Program-made: the position numbers and the translations under genes | Shown: piece by piece, positions 8,246 through 17,347 of the stretch | How positions within the stretch are numbered: position 1 is the first letter of the stretch | Layout: the number at the start of each line of letters is the position of its first letter | IMG/VR virus record: IMGVR_UViG_3300025098_000012 | Span: 162,699 to 226,698 of that record | DNA: 64,000 bases | Strand: one strand, 5' to 3' | Notes under the pieces: model-generated | What the model saw: the letters and a program-made list of their open reading frames with translations, nothing else | Databases searched by the model: none | What the model was told of the DNA's origin: nothing

Positions 8246-9814
8246 TTATCCGAAGAACTTGCTTACATCGGGAGCAGACTCCCAAAGTTTAGAAAGCTCA
8301 TCAGAAGCACTTGAAGCCTCACGAGAGATGTTACCGAGAGTCTTAACAGCCGCTTTACGAGCAGAGGTGCGTGGGCGATAAGAAGCCTTCTTATCAGCCT
8401 TTTCCTCTTTAGCCTCTTCCTCAGTAGCTTCTTCTTCGGTAGCTTCTTCTTCGGTAGCTTCTTCCTCAGTAGCTTCTTCCTCAGTAGCTTCTTCGGTAGA
8501 CTCTTCCTCAGCGTCTTCATCAGCCGCTGTGAAGATTGAAGCGAGGCGAGGGTCCATAGCCATTGCATCTTCTGCGTCCATGTCAAGACCCATGACATCT
8601 TCACCCATGCTCATTGTAGTTTCGACTTCTTCAGCAGTATATCCATACTCTGGATCATTCTGCTCACGAGTGTCATCTGCTTCAAGCTCTGCAAGGAGAG
8701 TTGCCATCTCATTATCAGCAGTAGTGTCCATGTCAGACATATAAGTTGAAAGAGCTTCTGCAAGACGCTCAATCTTTGCTAAACGCTGAGTAGGCTGACC
8801 CTCTGAAGGCTCACTAGCAGGAGCAGTCTCAAGTGCTACAGTGTCGTTCTGACCTTGATAGCCTGTACCAACTTGTACTGCGTTATCAGCGAGTTTACGA
8901 ACCTTGCGAGCAAGACGAGCATTAGCGGCTTTAAGAGTAGCGATTTCTTCTGCGAGAGCTTCGGCTGATGAAGAGTGATCCTCAGCCATCATCATAGCCT
9001 CGTGATCTTCAGCCATCAACATTGCTTCGTGATCTTCAGCTTCAAGATCAGCCATGATTTGTGAAAGCTCATCTTCTGCTTCAAGTTCGTCTGCGAAAGA
9101 CTCACCAAGACCAAGAGCGATTTCATCACGAGAAAGGAAGCCATCCTCATTCATATCAAGATCGTCAAAGATCTCGTCAGAGCCACCCCATTCGTCCATA
9201 GAAATCATGCCATCGCCATCGGTGTCATAAGCGTCAAACATAGAGTGACCCATGTGATCGTCAGCTTCTAGTTCATCACTTGCATTTCCTGGTCCTGTGA
9301 ATTCAAGACCTTCATCATACTCAGTTCCAACTTGTACAGCATTGTCAGCAAGACGAGCAACACGAGCATTAACAGTACGACTAGGAAGATCCATCATGCG
9401 AAGTGCAAGATCCTCGATCTCACGCTGTGAAGCAGTACGACCAAGACGACTTTCAGCGATGCGAATGCACTTAGCCGCTTTACGCTCCATAGCTTTTTTA
9501 AGGTTCTCTTGGCGAAGGTCATCAGTAAGAGCATAATCTTCAACAAGCTCATCGCTTACAGCAGGATGCTCTGGCTCCCAACCATAAGATGCAGGAGCAG
9601 GACCAGAACGGTAAGGTCCTTTACGGACTCCTTCACCGAACTCTGAGTCGAAGCCATACTGATCTACAGAAGGCTGATCGGATGAAGCAGGGTGACCGAA
9701 GTGATCCCAACCAAGATTATCGTATCCTGGGAGGCCAGAGTTTGCTCTGCGATTTCTTCTACGAGCAAGCTCTGCCCTGCGAGACATATTCTTAGAACGA
9801 GAATACCTAGACAT
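8246..9814 (-). CDS. Probable capsid scaffolding protein with an EF-hand pair
   Basis: Very acidic, coiled-coil-like, between protease and capsid genes; DTDGDGMISMDE and DMNEDGFLSRDE loops. Confidence 0.65.
   Translation of the reverse strand: MSRYSRSKNMSRRAELARRRNRRANSGLPGYDNLGWDHFGHPASSDQPSVDQYGFDSEFGEGVRKGPYRSGPAPASYGWEPEHPAVSDELVEDYALTDDLRQENLKKAMERKAAKCIRIAESRLGRTASQREIEDLALRMMDLPSRTVNARVARLADNAVQVGTEYDEGLEFTGPGNASDELEADDHMGHSMFDAYDTDGDGMISMDEWGGSDEIFDDLDMNEDGFLSRDEIALGLGESFADELEAEDELSQIMADLEAEDHEAMLMAEDHEAMMMAEDHSSSAEALAEEIATLKAANARLARKVRKLADNAVQVGTGYQGQNDTVALETAPASEPSEGQPTQRLAKIERLAEALSTYMSDMDTTADNEMATLLAELEADDTREQNDPEYGYTAEEVETTMSMGEDVMGLDMDAEDAMAMDPRLASIFTAADEDAEEESTEEATEEEATEEEATEEEATEEEATEEEAKEEKADKKASYRPRTSARKAAVKTLGNISREASSASDELSKLWESAPDVSKFFG
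8410..8510 (-). repeat. In-frame 15-bp tandem repeat encoding (EEEAT)n
   Basis: Repeated tcagtagcttcttc/tcggtagcttcttc units. Confidence 0.9.
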
Positions 9815-9852
9815 AAGGCTATTCCTTTCTGTGGGGTGAAACAGGGCGAGAC

Positions 9853-11292
9853 TTATTTCTGCCCGTAAGTGTTAAGGGATAAGAGTTTAGCTAATCTTAC
9901 AAGACGAAGAGTGTCTTGCTTCGACAGATTTTTACCATTTAAGTAGCTTGCTTGCTCCAGATAATCAACTACATCATTATACTGACTGGTTGAGCCGAGC
10001 AAACTAGCTAACTTATAAACATGGGTAGGAATCTGAACATTACAGTGATTATTCACTAGAGTTATGTTCAGTACAGCTTCTTCAACAGACTTAGCTGTTC
10101 TAACAGAAGCATCTAAGAGGCTCATGTACTTGGAAGCAGACATACCCTCTTTGACAATCGTATCGTTTTGTTCAACGACAGACTTATCAATAGGTGGGTT
10201 CATTACTTCTTGAGCCTTCTCTGCTTTGAGTTCGTTTTCTAGCTTTTGGCGAAAACGATCTACAATAGCAGTCTCGTAAACATTTTCGAGCTGTTTCAAC
10301 AAAGACTCGGAAGGTGCGTCAGCTTTATCATCACCACCTTCATCCTCATCCATGTCAAAAGGTCCAGCTTTCTTGTTTAGCTGACCATGAGGGTCATACC
10401 AAGGAGAACTCTGTAAACTAGACGCTTTAGCAATCCACTTCTGTGGAACTTCATTAAGTTGATCATCAGAAGCTGATTTAGCCATGTCAGCTTTAGGGAT
10501 GTCTAATACATTGCGAGCGACAGCTCCTACAAATGCAGGGGTTGCAACCCAAGATGCTTCGATGAATGTAACACCTGCTGTACCACCGATTTCTTCATGA
10601 CCACAAAGCTCTGCTACTCTATGTTGATTTCCTTGTTCATCATAGAAAACATTGCCTTTCTCATATTTGATATGAGAACACATCTCGGTTTCATCAGCGG
10701 CCACATGACCACATTTGGTGCAAATGGTAAAGTCTACGCTACATCCCATAGACATTGAGTTCATTTGACCCGACTCAATCTGTTTAACCAAGTCTTTGTG
10801 TTTGCGATCAGTAGCGACAAGGATGTCTACATATAAAGAATCACCGATGTCTCTAAGAACAGCATCAATGATCCGACCCTTAGATAGTTCTTCAACTTGG
10901 ATATGCTCAACAAAGTTATGAGCACCAATGAAGGTCTGATAAGATTTCTTAATCACACCTCTTGACCATGAGTCGAGGTTGTTATTGATGAACTTATCAG
11001 TGCCAGAGCTGACACGATAGTCAGCGTATTTACGATTAATAGTTTGTCCACCCTCAGTGATCGAGCCTGTCTTTGTGTTTGGAGGTGTGATTGCATCGAC
11101 AGAGCAAACGATAGTGGAGTGGGTAAGTAGAAATCTATCGGGAGTGAAAGGTTCGCCTAAGATGTCCTCTGCTTGCTTTTTGAGCGAAGCATTGATGGTT
11201 TTAGCACCAGAAGCGATCCTTACCTTATCCCATTGTAGACCATGAATGGAGGGCTGAACTACATTAGCCCTAGCATATCTTAAAAATGCCAT
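9853..11292 (-). CDS. Prohead (capsid maturation) serine protease with Cys/His insertion
   Basis: TFIGAHNFVEH, KGRIIDA, SMSMGC followed by CTKC-x-CSH, FIEASWVATPAF; head-operon position. Confidence 0.7.
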   Translation of the reverse strand: MAFLRYARANVVQPSIHGLQWDKVRIASGAKTINASLKKQAEDILGEPFTPDRFLLTHSTIVCSVDAITPPNTKTGSITEGGQTINRKYADYRVSSGTDKFINNNLDSWSRGVIKKSYQTFIGAHNFVEHIQVEELSKGRIIDAVLRDIGDSLYVDILVATDRKHKDLVKQIESGQMNSMSMGCSVDFTICTKCGHVAADETEMCSHIKYEKGNVFYDEQGNQHRVAELCGHEEIGGTAGVTFIEASWVATPAFVGAVARNVLDIPKADMAKSASDDQLNEVPQKWIAKASSLQSSPWYDPHGQLNKKAGPFDMDEDEGGDDKADAPSESLLKQLENVYETAIVDRFRQKLENELKAEKAQEVMNPPIDKSVVEQNDTIVKEGMSASKYMSLLDASVRTAKSVEEAVLNITLVNNHCNVQIPTHVYKLASLLGSTSQYNDVVDYLEQASYLNGKNLSKQDTLRLVRLAKLLSLNTYGQK

Positions 11293-11295
11293 GCT

Positions 11296-14200
11296 TTACC
11301 CCTTAACGATGTCGGAAGGTTTGATGATAAAGAGGCAGGTATAACAAGCGAGCAGTTTCTCACTCTTACCTCCTCTTCTTTTGTAAACAGTATTGCCGAG
11401 TGGAGTTTTACACTTGGGACAACAAGGTTTTTCCTCATTCCGACATTGGCGATAAGTACGATCTTTCTTATACCAATAAATAGCTTGCTTCATGTATCTG
11501 GAGGCAACACGATTAGCTTGCTTTTTGACGGCACGAGAAGTTACAGGAACAGTACCAGCTCCACCTGGTATAGTATCTTGATCGTCAGTATAAATGTTCA
11601 AGTAATCACCCGAAGTATCTACAACAAGATCTTCTACAGGATAGCGTTGCGATCCATGAGGGAACTGCACATCGACCATACCAATTGCAGGGAAGATAGC
11701 TATAACGAGTCCAGACCTTGACGGATTACCACCAAGAAAGGGGTATACACGCATCCCTAGCTCGAACGCTTGGGATCTACGCTGATAGTCAACATATTGT
11801 GTAGATCGTTTTTGCATGATTACAGTGCCTCCACTCTTATAGTAGGTGTCAATAAATGATCTATTAAAATTATTTGCTTGTTTATTTGATGAGGTAGACT
11901 CAATTTCTTGTGTCGCTGTGTCATCAAATAGCTCAGTAAGCCTACTTCTTATGTCTTTGAGCCTCTGTCTCTTAGTCGCACCATCTAAACTTTTCACTTT
12001 TTCTAGTTCTTGCTGTATCTGCTCCCATCTAAACTTTTTCGTGTTATCACTGTAGAGCTGAATACCGTCAATGCTACTCCGAGTTTCTTCAATTCTCCAT
12101 CTTGTCCTAAATTCTTCTCCAGCGGCTTCTCTCTCTTCTTCGGTGTATTCTTTACCAGTTGATAGATCAACACCATCAACGAACACCTCGAAAAACTTAT
12201 CTTTGTTTTCTCTCCAAAAGAGCTTCATTTGCTCTTTGACTTTCTTAGAAGGACCAGAGCTATCACCTTTAGGTTTGTAGTAGCCATCCCCCTTAGACTC
12301 TTTTTCGACAGTATGGAGATTAACGAAACCTCCACTCATGTAATCCCTTAACAGTTTCTTCATGTCATCAGACAATGGGTTAGGACAGGGATCATCTGAG
12401 GGGAGGAGCTTCTTGTCTCCCACACCTGCGGCGTTATTTGTAGGCCCACCAGGACAGTAGTCGTCATCTAATAAATCCAACATATCTCCATAAGGTCCTT
12501 GCTCACCTCCAACTACAGCTTTAAAATCTTCTGTGTCGAGGTTTTCAGTGACCGACTCAATCAAATCTCGTGTCTTACTAGGGTTAGTGCCTTGTTGGGA
12601 GAGCATACTGATGCCTTCTTCCCAAGCCTCTGATCCTGTTTGTCTTGCGAGTTCAAGTAATCGGTCGGGTACTTCGGCATACCCATCAATGACACCCTCA
12701 CTATTTATCATGCGTATTGTATTGAGGGCTGTTTCAGATGCTTTTAAGTTTACGAGCTTACCCTGTAATGATTTCTTTTCTTCATCAGACAGACCTTCCC
12801 CATCATTTTCTAGGAGTGCTTTTGCTTCACCAATCTCCTCTGCGACCCTTCCAACCATAGCATTACGCTGTTCTTCATTCATCTTCTTAAAGCGTCTGCC
12901 TTGAACTCTGCGTACATTCTGTAGGTGCTTCTCTTTATCGTGATCATCCCCATCAGTAGGGAACTCAAGTAGCCCGAACTCTGGATCTTCCACAATACTC
13001 TTTTGTGCATGGGTTGTTGCTAAGTAGCTACCTAGATTTTGTGCGTACTCCTTTTGAACAGCCTCATAGTTTTCTAAGTCTGATTTTAAGGAACTGAGAG
13101 AATCTTCTGCATCTTTCAAAGAATTCTTAAGTTGCTTTAGAGTTTCCTCATCTGTGTCATCGTCAGCTTCCGATAACTTTTGTTGAGCTTTATTCACCTT
13201 GTCGGTGGTTTCCTTAATGTCCTTATTGAGTTGTTCTACTGTAGGAGGAGGTGTGGGGGGCTTTAAATCCTTTGCCTCTTCGTCAATGTAAGACTGTAGA
13301 CCATCGAGTCCTTGATTTCTCATCACTTCTTCGACTTTGAATGCACCGGATCCGTAAGCCTGCACCATTTGTTGAACTTGATCTTCGGTCAACTCATCAA
13401 GTGCATCTACAGTTTCACTTATCCTTTGAATAAATGTGCGAGTGCTCTTTCTAGTTGATGCAAGATCCTTCTTCTCAAGTCCTTTGATTTGTTCCTTGAG
13501 ATCACGCTTCTCTTTATCGCTTAAAGAAGGATCTTCGAGCTTTTTTTCGAGATTCTCTATCTTCTCACTCGTGCCTTTGCTTAACTTATCCCTAAAGGCT
13601 TTCTCAAGGCGATCCTTGATTTCTGCCTTTTGGACATAGCTCGGCTGTTCCAATAAAGGAGCACCTTCAACAAACGGAGGTTCTTCTTTCGGAGGTGTAT
13701 CATCCCCCTTTGCGTCATCCTTTCCCGATTCATTTCTAGGTTTTGGCTCACCCTTACCTTTGCTTTTACCCTTGCCTTTGGGTTCTTCTTCTCCTGTTTG
13801 CTTCTCACGCTCTTTAGCTCTCTCGTCCAAGACATCTTTGGTTTCTTTTACTTCTTCTTCAGTAATGTCGGATGCCTCTTGAACATCAACCTCGACAGCA
13901 TCAATCCCCTCTTCTTCAAGAGATGTGGTGAGCTTTTCAGCGACTCTCTTTTTATAAGGACCTCGCTTTTTGCCTTTATCGGATCTTGTTTTTCTTTTCT
14001 TCTTAGGTGGTGGTTCACCTACTTCTTCCCGAACCTCCTCATGGATGTCCATAAGAAGAGCCATAATGTCTCTCATGGTGCGTTCTTCAACAAGAGACAT
14101 ATCTCTCATATCACGACCATTGTTCATCCTTGAGAGCAGGTCATATTGTTCATCATTGAGAGTAGCGGCTACGGAATAGCTGACATCACTAGAGTCTCCC

Positions 14201-14541
14201 TTAGACCCTCTAGCTTTATCCATAGCTTTGTTAAAGTCTTGGACAGCTTTTGGGTGGGCACGATTATAAGCTGTATTAAACGACAACTCATCACCTGTCA
14301 GCCTACTCTTATACTTACGACTTTTGAGCTTGTCTTTGACCTTCTTAACGATCTTCTGCTCTTTTTTCTGTTTCCTTTTCTGCTCTGGCGTGAGCTTTTG
14401 CTTCTTTCGCTTTTTCTTTTTAGTTGGCTTACGAGATCCGTCCTCACGCTTTTGAGAAGCCGCAACTCGGTGTGCCTCTAAAAGAAGGCGATCTGTTTTC
14501 TCTAGCTCCGTTTGGAGTTCTAGTAGAAGGCGACTAATCAT
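11296..14541 (-). CDS. Large charged virion-associated protein; C-terminal 173 aa probably also a separate gene (11296-11817)
   Basis: 1081-aa ORF; internal late motif at 11852, GGAGG at 11828-11832, ATG at 11817; C-terminal SH3-like segment, RVASRY tag and CxxC zinc ribbon. Confidence 0.7.
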   Translation of the reverse strand: MISRLLLELQTELEKTDRLLLEAHRVAASQKREDGSRKPTKKKKRKKQKLTPEQKRKQKKEQKIVKKVKDKLKSRKYKSRLTGDELSFNTAYNRAHPKAVQDFNKAMDKARGSKGDSSDVSYSVAATLNDEQYDLLSRMNNGRDMRDMSLVEERTMRDIMALLMDIHEEVREEVGEPPPKKKRKTRSDKGKKRGPYKKRVAEKLTTSLEEEGIDAVEVDVQEASDITEEEVKETKDVLDERAKEREKQTGEEEPKGKGKSKGKGEPKPRNESGKDDAKGDDTPPKEEPPFVEGAPLLEQPSYVQKAEIKDRLEKAFRDKLSKGTSEKIENLEKKLEDPSLSDKEKRDLKEQIKGLEKKDLASTRKSTRTFIQRISETVDALDELTEDQVQQMVQAYGSGAFKVEEVMRNQGLDGLQSYIDEEAKDLKPPTPPPTVEQLNKDIKETTDKVNKAQQKLSEADDDTDEETLKQLKNSLKDAEDSLSSLKSDLENYEAVQKEYAQNLGSYLATTHAQKSIVEDPEFGLLEFPTDGDDHDKEKHLQNVRRVQGRRFKKMNEEQRNAMVGRVAEEIGEAKALLENDGEGLSDEEKKSLQGKLVNLKASETALNTIRMINSEGVIDGYAEVPDRLLELARQTGSEAWEEGISMLSQQGTNPSKTRDLIESVTENLDTEDFKAVVGGEQGPYGDMLDLLDDDYCPGGPTNNAAGVGDKKLLPSDDPCPNPLSDDMKKLLRDYMSGGFVNLHTVEKESKGDGYYKPKGDSSGPSKKVKEQMKLFWRENKDKFFEVFVDGVDLSTGKEYTEEEREAAGEEFRTRWRIEETRSSIDGIQLYSDNTKKFRWEQIQQELEKVKSLDGATKRQRLKDIRSRLTELFDDTATQEIESTSSNKQANNFNRSFIDTYYKSGGTVIMQKRSTQYVDYQRRSQAFELGMRVYPFLGGNPSRSGLVIAIFPAIGMVDVQFPHGSQRYPVEDLVVDTSGDYLNIYTDDQDTIPGGAGTVPVTSRAVKKQANRVASRYMKQAIYWYKKDRTYRQCRNEEKPCCPKCKTPLGNTVYKRRGGKSEKLLACYTCLFIIKPSDIVKG

Positions 14542-14547
14542 TGCAGA

Positions 14548-15189
14548 CTACCCTCTCAAGTTAAGGAACTTACGAGCAACACGCTGTGCCATCTTCTCAC
14601 TTCTACGAGAAAGATCGGGATCACCTTTGTCTCCACGACCAACACCTTGTAGATCGGGGTCATCGCTAATTTGTACTCTGTTCTTACGGAGGTCTTTGCG
14701 AGGAGGCTTATTCTTAGGAGATCTCCTAACGAGCTTTTCAACTGCTTCGTCCTCTTTTTCAGCTTGGGTCTTAGTCGCTACTCTCTTGTGAGGACAGATA
14801 TATGAACTTGCCTTACGCTCCATACTCGCCATCTTGCGAACATCAAAGCAATGTCCTGCAAAACTCTTTCTGAGAACTCTAAGTGCTTGAGCGAGGATGA
14901 GGTAAAACCTATGAGCGTGTTCGCTCTCTCTGGTGTCTAGCCAAACAGCTTGGAGCTTTCTAACTTCTTCAGCTTTACCGTCTAAAACATCTACATATTT
15001 AAGCTCTTTATCAAGAGAGACAGCTTCCTCAAAAAGTGCTTCTATGGTGAGGAAATGCTTACGGATGCAGTCTGGACATCTTTTACGAGGTTGGTTAAGA
15101 TGATCTTCGAGTAGGACAATCTGTTTACAGATCTCTCGTAAGTTATATAAGGGACTCATAATCGGCAATAAACCTTGATCGTTGCTCAT
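14548..15189 (-). CDS. Late protein with CPDC motif and RVA tags
   Basis: ATG at 15189 with GAGG RBS; late motif at 15233; RKMAS, RKAS, RVATK and terminal RVARKFL. Confidence 0.7.
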   Translation of the reverse strand: MSNDQGLLPIMSPLYNLREICKQIVLLEDHLNQPRKRCPDCIRKHFLTIEALFEEAVSLDKELKYVDVLDGKAEEVRKLQAVWLDTRESEHAHRFYLILAQALRVLRKSFAGHCFDVRKMASMERKASSYICPHKRVATKTQAEKEDEAVEKLVRRSPKNKPPRKDLRKNRVQISDDPDLQGVGRGDKGDPDLSRRSEKMAQRVARKFLNLRG

Positions 15190-15319
15190 AACTACACCTC
15201 TTTTTTTTGGGATACTAACTACAAGTAGGAAATATAAACAAACTATTAAACTAAGAGAGCGTAACCCCTTATTTATATCTCTATGTAAGAACCACCAAAC
15301 ACTCTTAAAGGAGAACAAC

Positions 15320-15583
15320 ATGGGCAAGAAAAGACCAGATCAAGTGAAGCGAGTCCACGAGGCTTTGAAGATGAACGCTAAAGAGGCCAAGTACGGTATG
15401 CCGTACTGTAAGTGGCGAAAAGAAGAATCTCGTTGGGAGATCTCAGACGCTTCGGGTCGAGATGCGTCAATGTTCTTCTATCCCGAAGGGGAGCGTTGGA
15501 CTTATCAAGCTCCTTACTACGATGAGGAGGACTCAACCTTTAGTCGTTCACTTGGGAACGCCTACTGTTGTTACACAGGTTAA
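15320..15583 (+). CDS. Hypothetical protein
   Basis: AAGGAG RBS, ATG at 15320, GTAACCCCTTAT motif upstream. Confidence 0.7.
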   Translation: MGKKRPDQVKRVHEALKMNAKEAKYGMPYCKWRKEESRWEISDASGRDASMFFYPEGERWTYQAPYYDEEDSTFSRSLGNAYCCYTG

Positions 15584-15664
15584 TCCTGTAGCCTTTGTCT
15601 TTGGTGCGTAACCCCTTATTCATATAACTACATAACGAAACCCACTCCCACTAGGAGAAAAAGT

Positions 15665-16162
15665 ATGACTGTTTCAACCCCCAACCCACGATATATCTTG
15701 GTTCAAGAGGAATACGGATACCGACATTGGGTCGGTGTCCTACCCTCCGAGATGAAACGAGATAACATCATCTCGTGGTGGAAGAATCTACCCTCTGTAA
15801 TGGGTATGTTCTTCAACCCAAGTGGGAGCTTCCCTCTTACTCTTATCGAGCTTGAAGATGTAGCACCCGATGGTGCTGACAAAGCCACATGGAAATGGAT
15901 AGACCCCGATGGTCAAGTGCATATCCTTGATCGCTCTAATGTGGTGCTGTTCGCCCATGTTCACATGGATGATGACAGCTACCTCAAAATCCCTCAAGGA
16001 GAGACTTTTCACCATGCAGGGTATGGAGAGATGCCCTTTGCAGATGAGGAGGACGAGGACGAGTGTGATGAGCCTACTGAAGAACAAATCAGAGAGTGGG
16101 CTTCCGAGAGCGAACTCAGTAGAAAGGTGTTCCAATCCTTGTATCCAGAGATGAAGCTATGA
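15665..16162 (+). CDS. Hypothetical protein
   Basis: AGGAG RBS; GTAACCCCTTAT motif at 15608. Confidence 0.75.
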   Translation: MTVSTPNPRYILVQEEYGYRHWVGVLPSEMKRDNIISWWKNLPSVMGMFFNPSGSFPLTLIELEDVAPDGADKATWKWIDPDGQVHILDRSNVVLFAHVHMDDDSYLKIPQGETFHHAGYGEMPFADEEDEDECDEPTEEQIREWASESELSRKVFQSLYPEMKL

Positions 16163-16326
16163 GTCCGACAGTAGTCGTGCCGAGTAGTTGGGTTTTAGCT
16201 TACCTCATCGGTCTTGTTTTTTGTTTTTACAAGGCACACAGGACTGACAAGGTAGAGCTGTTCTTTACCTTTGGTATGATCTATCTACTAGCCCTCACCA
16301 TTGGACTAAGACTCTACTATGCTTGA
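16159..16326 (+). CDS. Small membrane protein (55 aa)
   Basis: Hand translation MSPTVVVPSSWVLAYLIGLVFCF...; ATGA overlap with the upstream gene; not in the track. Confidence 0.6.
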   Translation: MSPTVVVPSSWVLAYLIGLVFCFYKAHRTDKVELFFTFGMIYLLALTIGLRLYYA

Positions 16327-16474
16327 CATCTATTATTCGGCACTCATCAGCCTACTTTTCATCTCATTTGGAATAGGTCTTTTTTACTCAACCACAAGAG
16401 CGAGATACTTCGCCTATGCAGGTGTCGGATCTTACATCATAGGACTATTTTTAGGAGTGTATTATGGCTACTAA
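16319..16474 (+). CDS. Small membrane protein (51 aa)
   Basis: Hand translation MLDIYYSALISLLFISFGIGLFY...GVYYGY; overlaps both neighbours. Confidence 0.6.
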   Translation: MLDIYYSALISLLFISFGIGLFYSTTRARYFAYAGVGSYIIGLFLGVYYGY

Positions 16475-16637
16475 CAAATATGCAAAAAACAAGAGATCAA
16501 TCTACTTATCAGACCCGATAATCCAAGAACTTGAAGCTGAGGCAAAGCGTCAAGATAGAACGGTGTCTTGGCTAATCAAGAGAGCTTGGCTTGAGTCTCG
16601 TGAGAAGATAAAGAAGTATCCCGATGTCGAGCAATGA
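16464..16637 (+). CDS. Ribbon-helix-helix regulator resembling the Myxococcus MXAN_4361/4362 small-protein family
   Basis: AGGAG RBS; KRSIYLSDPIIQELEAEAKRQDRTVSWLIKRAWLESREKIKKYP; not in the track. Confidence 0.7.
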   Translation: MATNKYAKNKRSIYLSDPIIQELEAEAKRQDRTVSWLIKRAWLESREKIKKYPDVEQ

Positions 16638-16998
16638 ATTCACCCACATCGTAGACGGACAAAGACAATGGAGTCAGAAGGGTCTTAGAACCATCCAAAG
16701 TACACTGTGTCTTGAGAATACTTTTTTACGATTTAATACCCTCAAAGTATTACTCACAGAGTCCTTTGAAGAGTGTGGTGGTAAGTTCAAGAAGATTCAA
16801 GAGTCAGATATGATCTGTAGGTGGATGTTGCAGACTCCCTGTTGGGATTGCAGTGTGGTACTGCACCACCAACCCACATACCGAGACTCTATTGTTCTTA
16901 GGGTAGGTGGGGGTGTCGAACCAATGAGGCCAGAGAAAGACCTTTTTCCCTTGTGGGGGATCATAAGGGATAAGTGGGAAAATGAAAACAGAGATTAG
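16624..16998 (+). CDS. Hypothetical protein, DGxRxW paralog 1
   Basis: DGQRQWSQKGL ... LWGIIRDKW. Confidence 0.7.
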   Translation: MSSNEFTHIVDGQRQWSQKGLRTIQSTLCLENTFLRFNTLKVLLTESFEECGGKFKKIQESDMICRWMLQTPCWDCSVVLHHQPTYRDSIVLRVGGGVEPMRPEKDLFPLWGIIRDKWENENRD

Positions 16999-17347
16999 AG
17001 ATGGTCAGAGGGTGTGGACTAAAGATTCCATAGAGATCATTTTAGAGGGGTATAAACCACATCAGTCAGATGATTACTGGTATAAGTTAGGGGCGGTTTT
17101 TCGAGGTGGACTCATAGAAGCAGGTTTTAGTGAACCTAAAACCTTATTAGAAAATAAGATCACCCTCCACCTAAACACTCAAAAATGGTTTTGCCCCATA
17201 CACCTTCTTCGATTAGATGACGGACAGATCGTCTTTCTTTTTGATCTTGAAATGCACCCTGCAAGAGACTTGATCTATCTGTGGGATTATATCAGAGAGG
17301 CTTGGTCAAAAAAGATCAAGGGTAGCGATTACCCCATATCACCCTAA
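16982..17347 (+). CDS. Hypothetical protein, DGxRxW paralog 2
   Basis: DGQRVWTKDSI ... LWDYIREAW. Confidence 0.7.
   Translation: MKTEIRDGQRVWTKDSIEIILEGYKPHQSDDYWYKLGAVFRGGLIEAGFSEPKTLLENKITLHLNTQKWFCPIHLLRLDDGQIVFLFDLEMHPARDLIYLWDYIREAWSKKIKGSDYPISP

Noticed and set aside
8410-8510. CRISPR-like repeat array
   Set aside because: In-frame 15-bp coding repeats without spacers; no CRISPR array or cas gene recognised in the window
11446-14481. Numerous short antisense ORFs in the track (here and throughout)
   Set aside because: Shadows of long, motif-bearing genes on the opposite strand, without RBS or recognisable motifs
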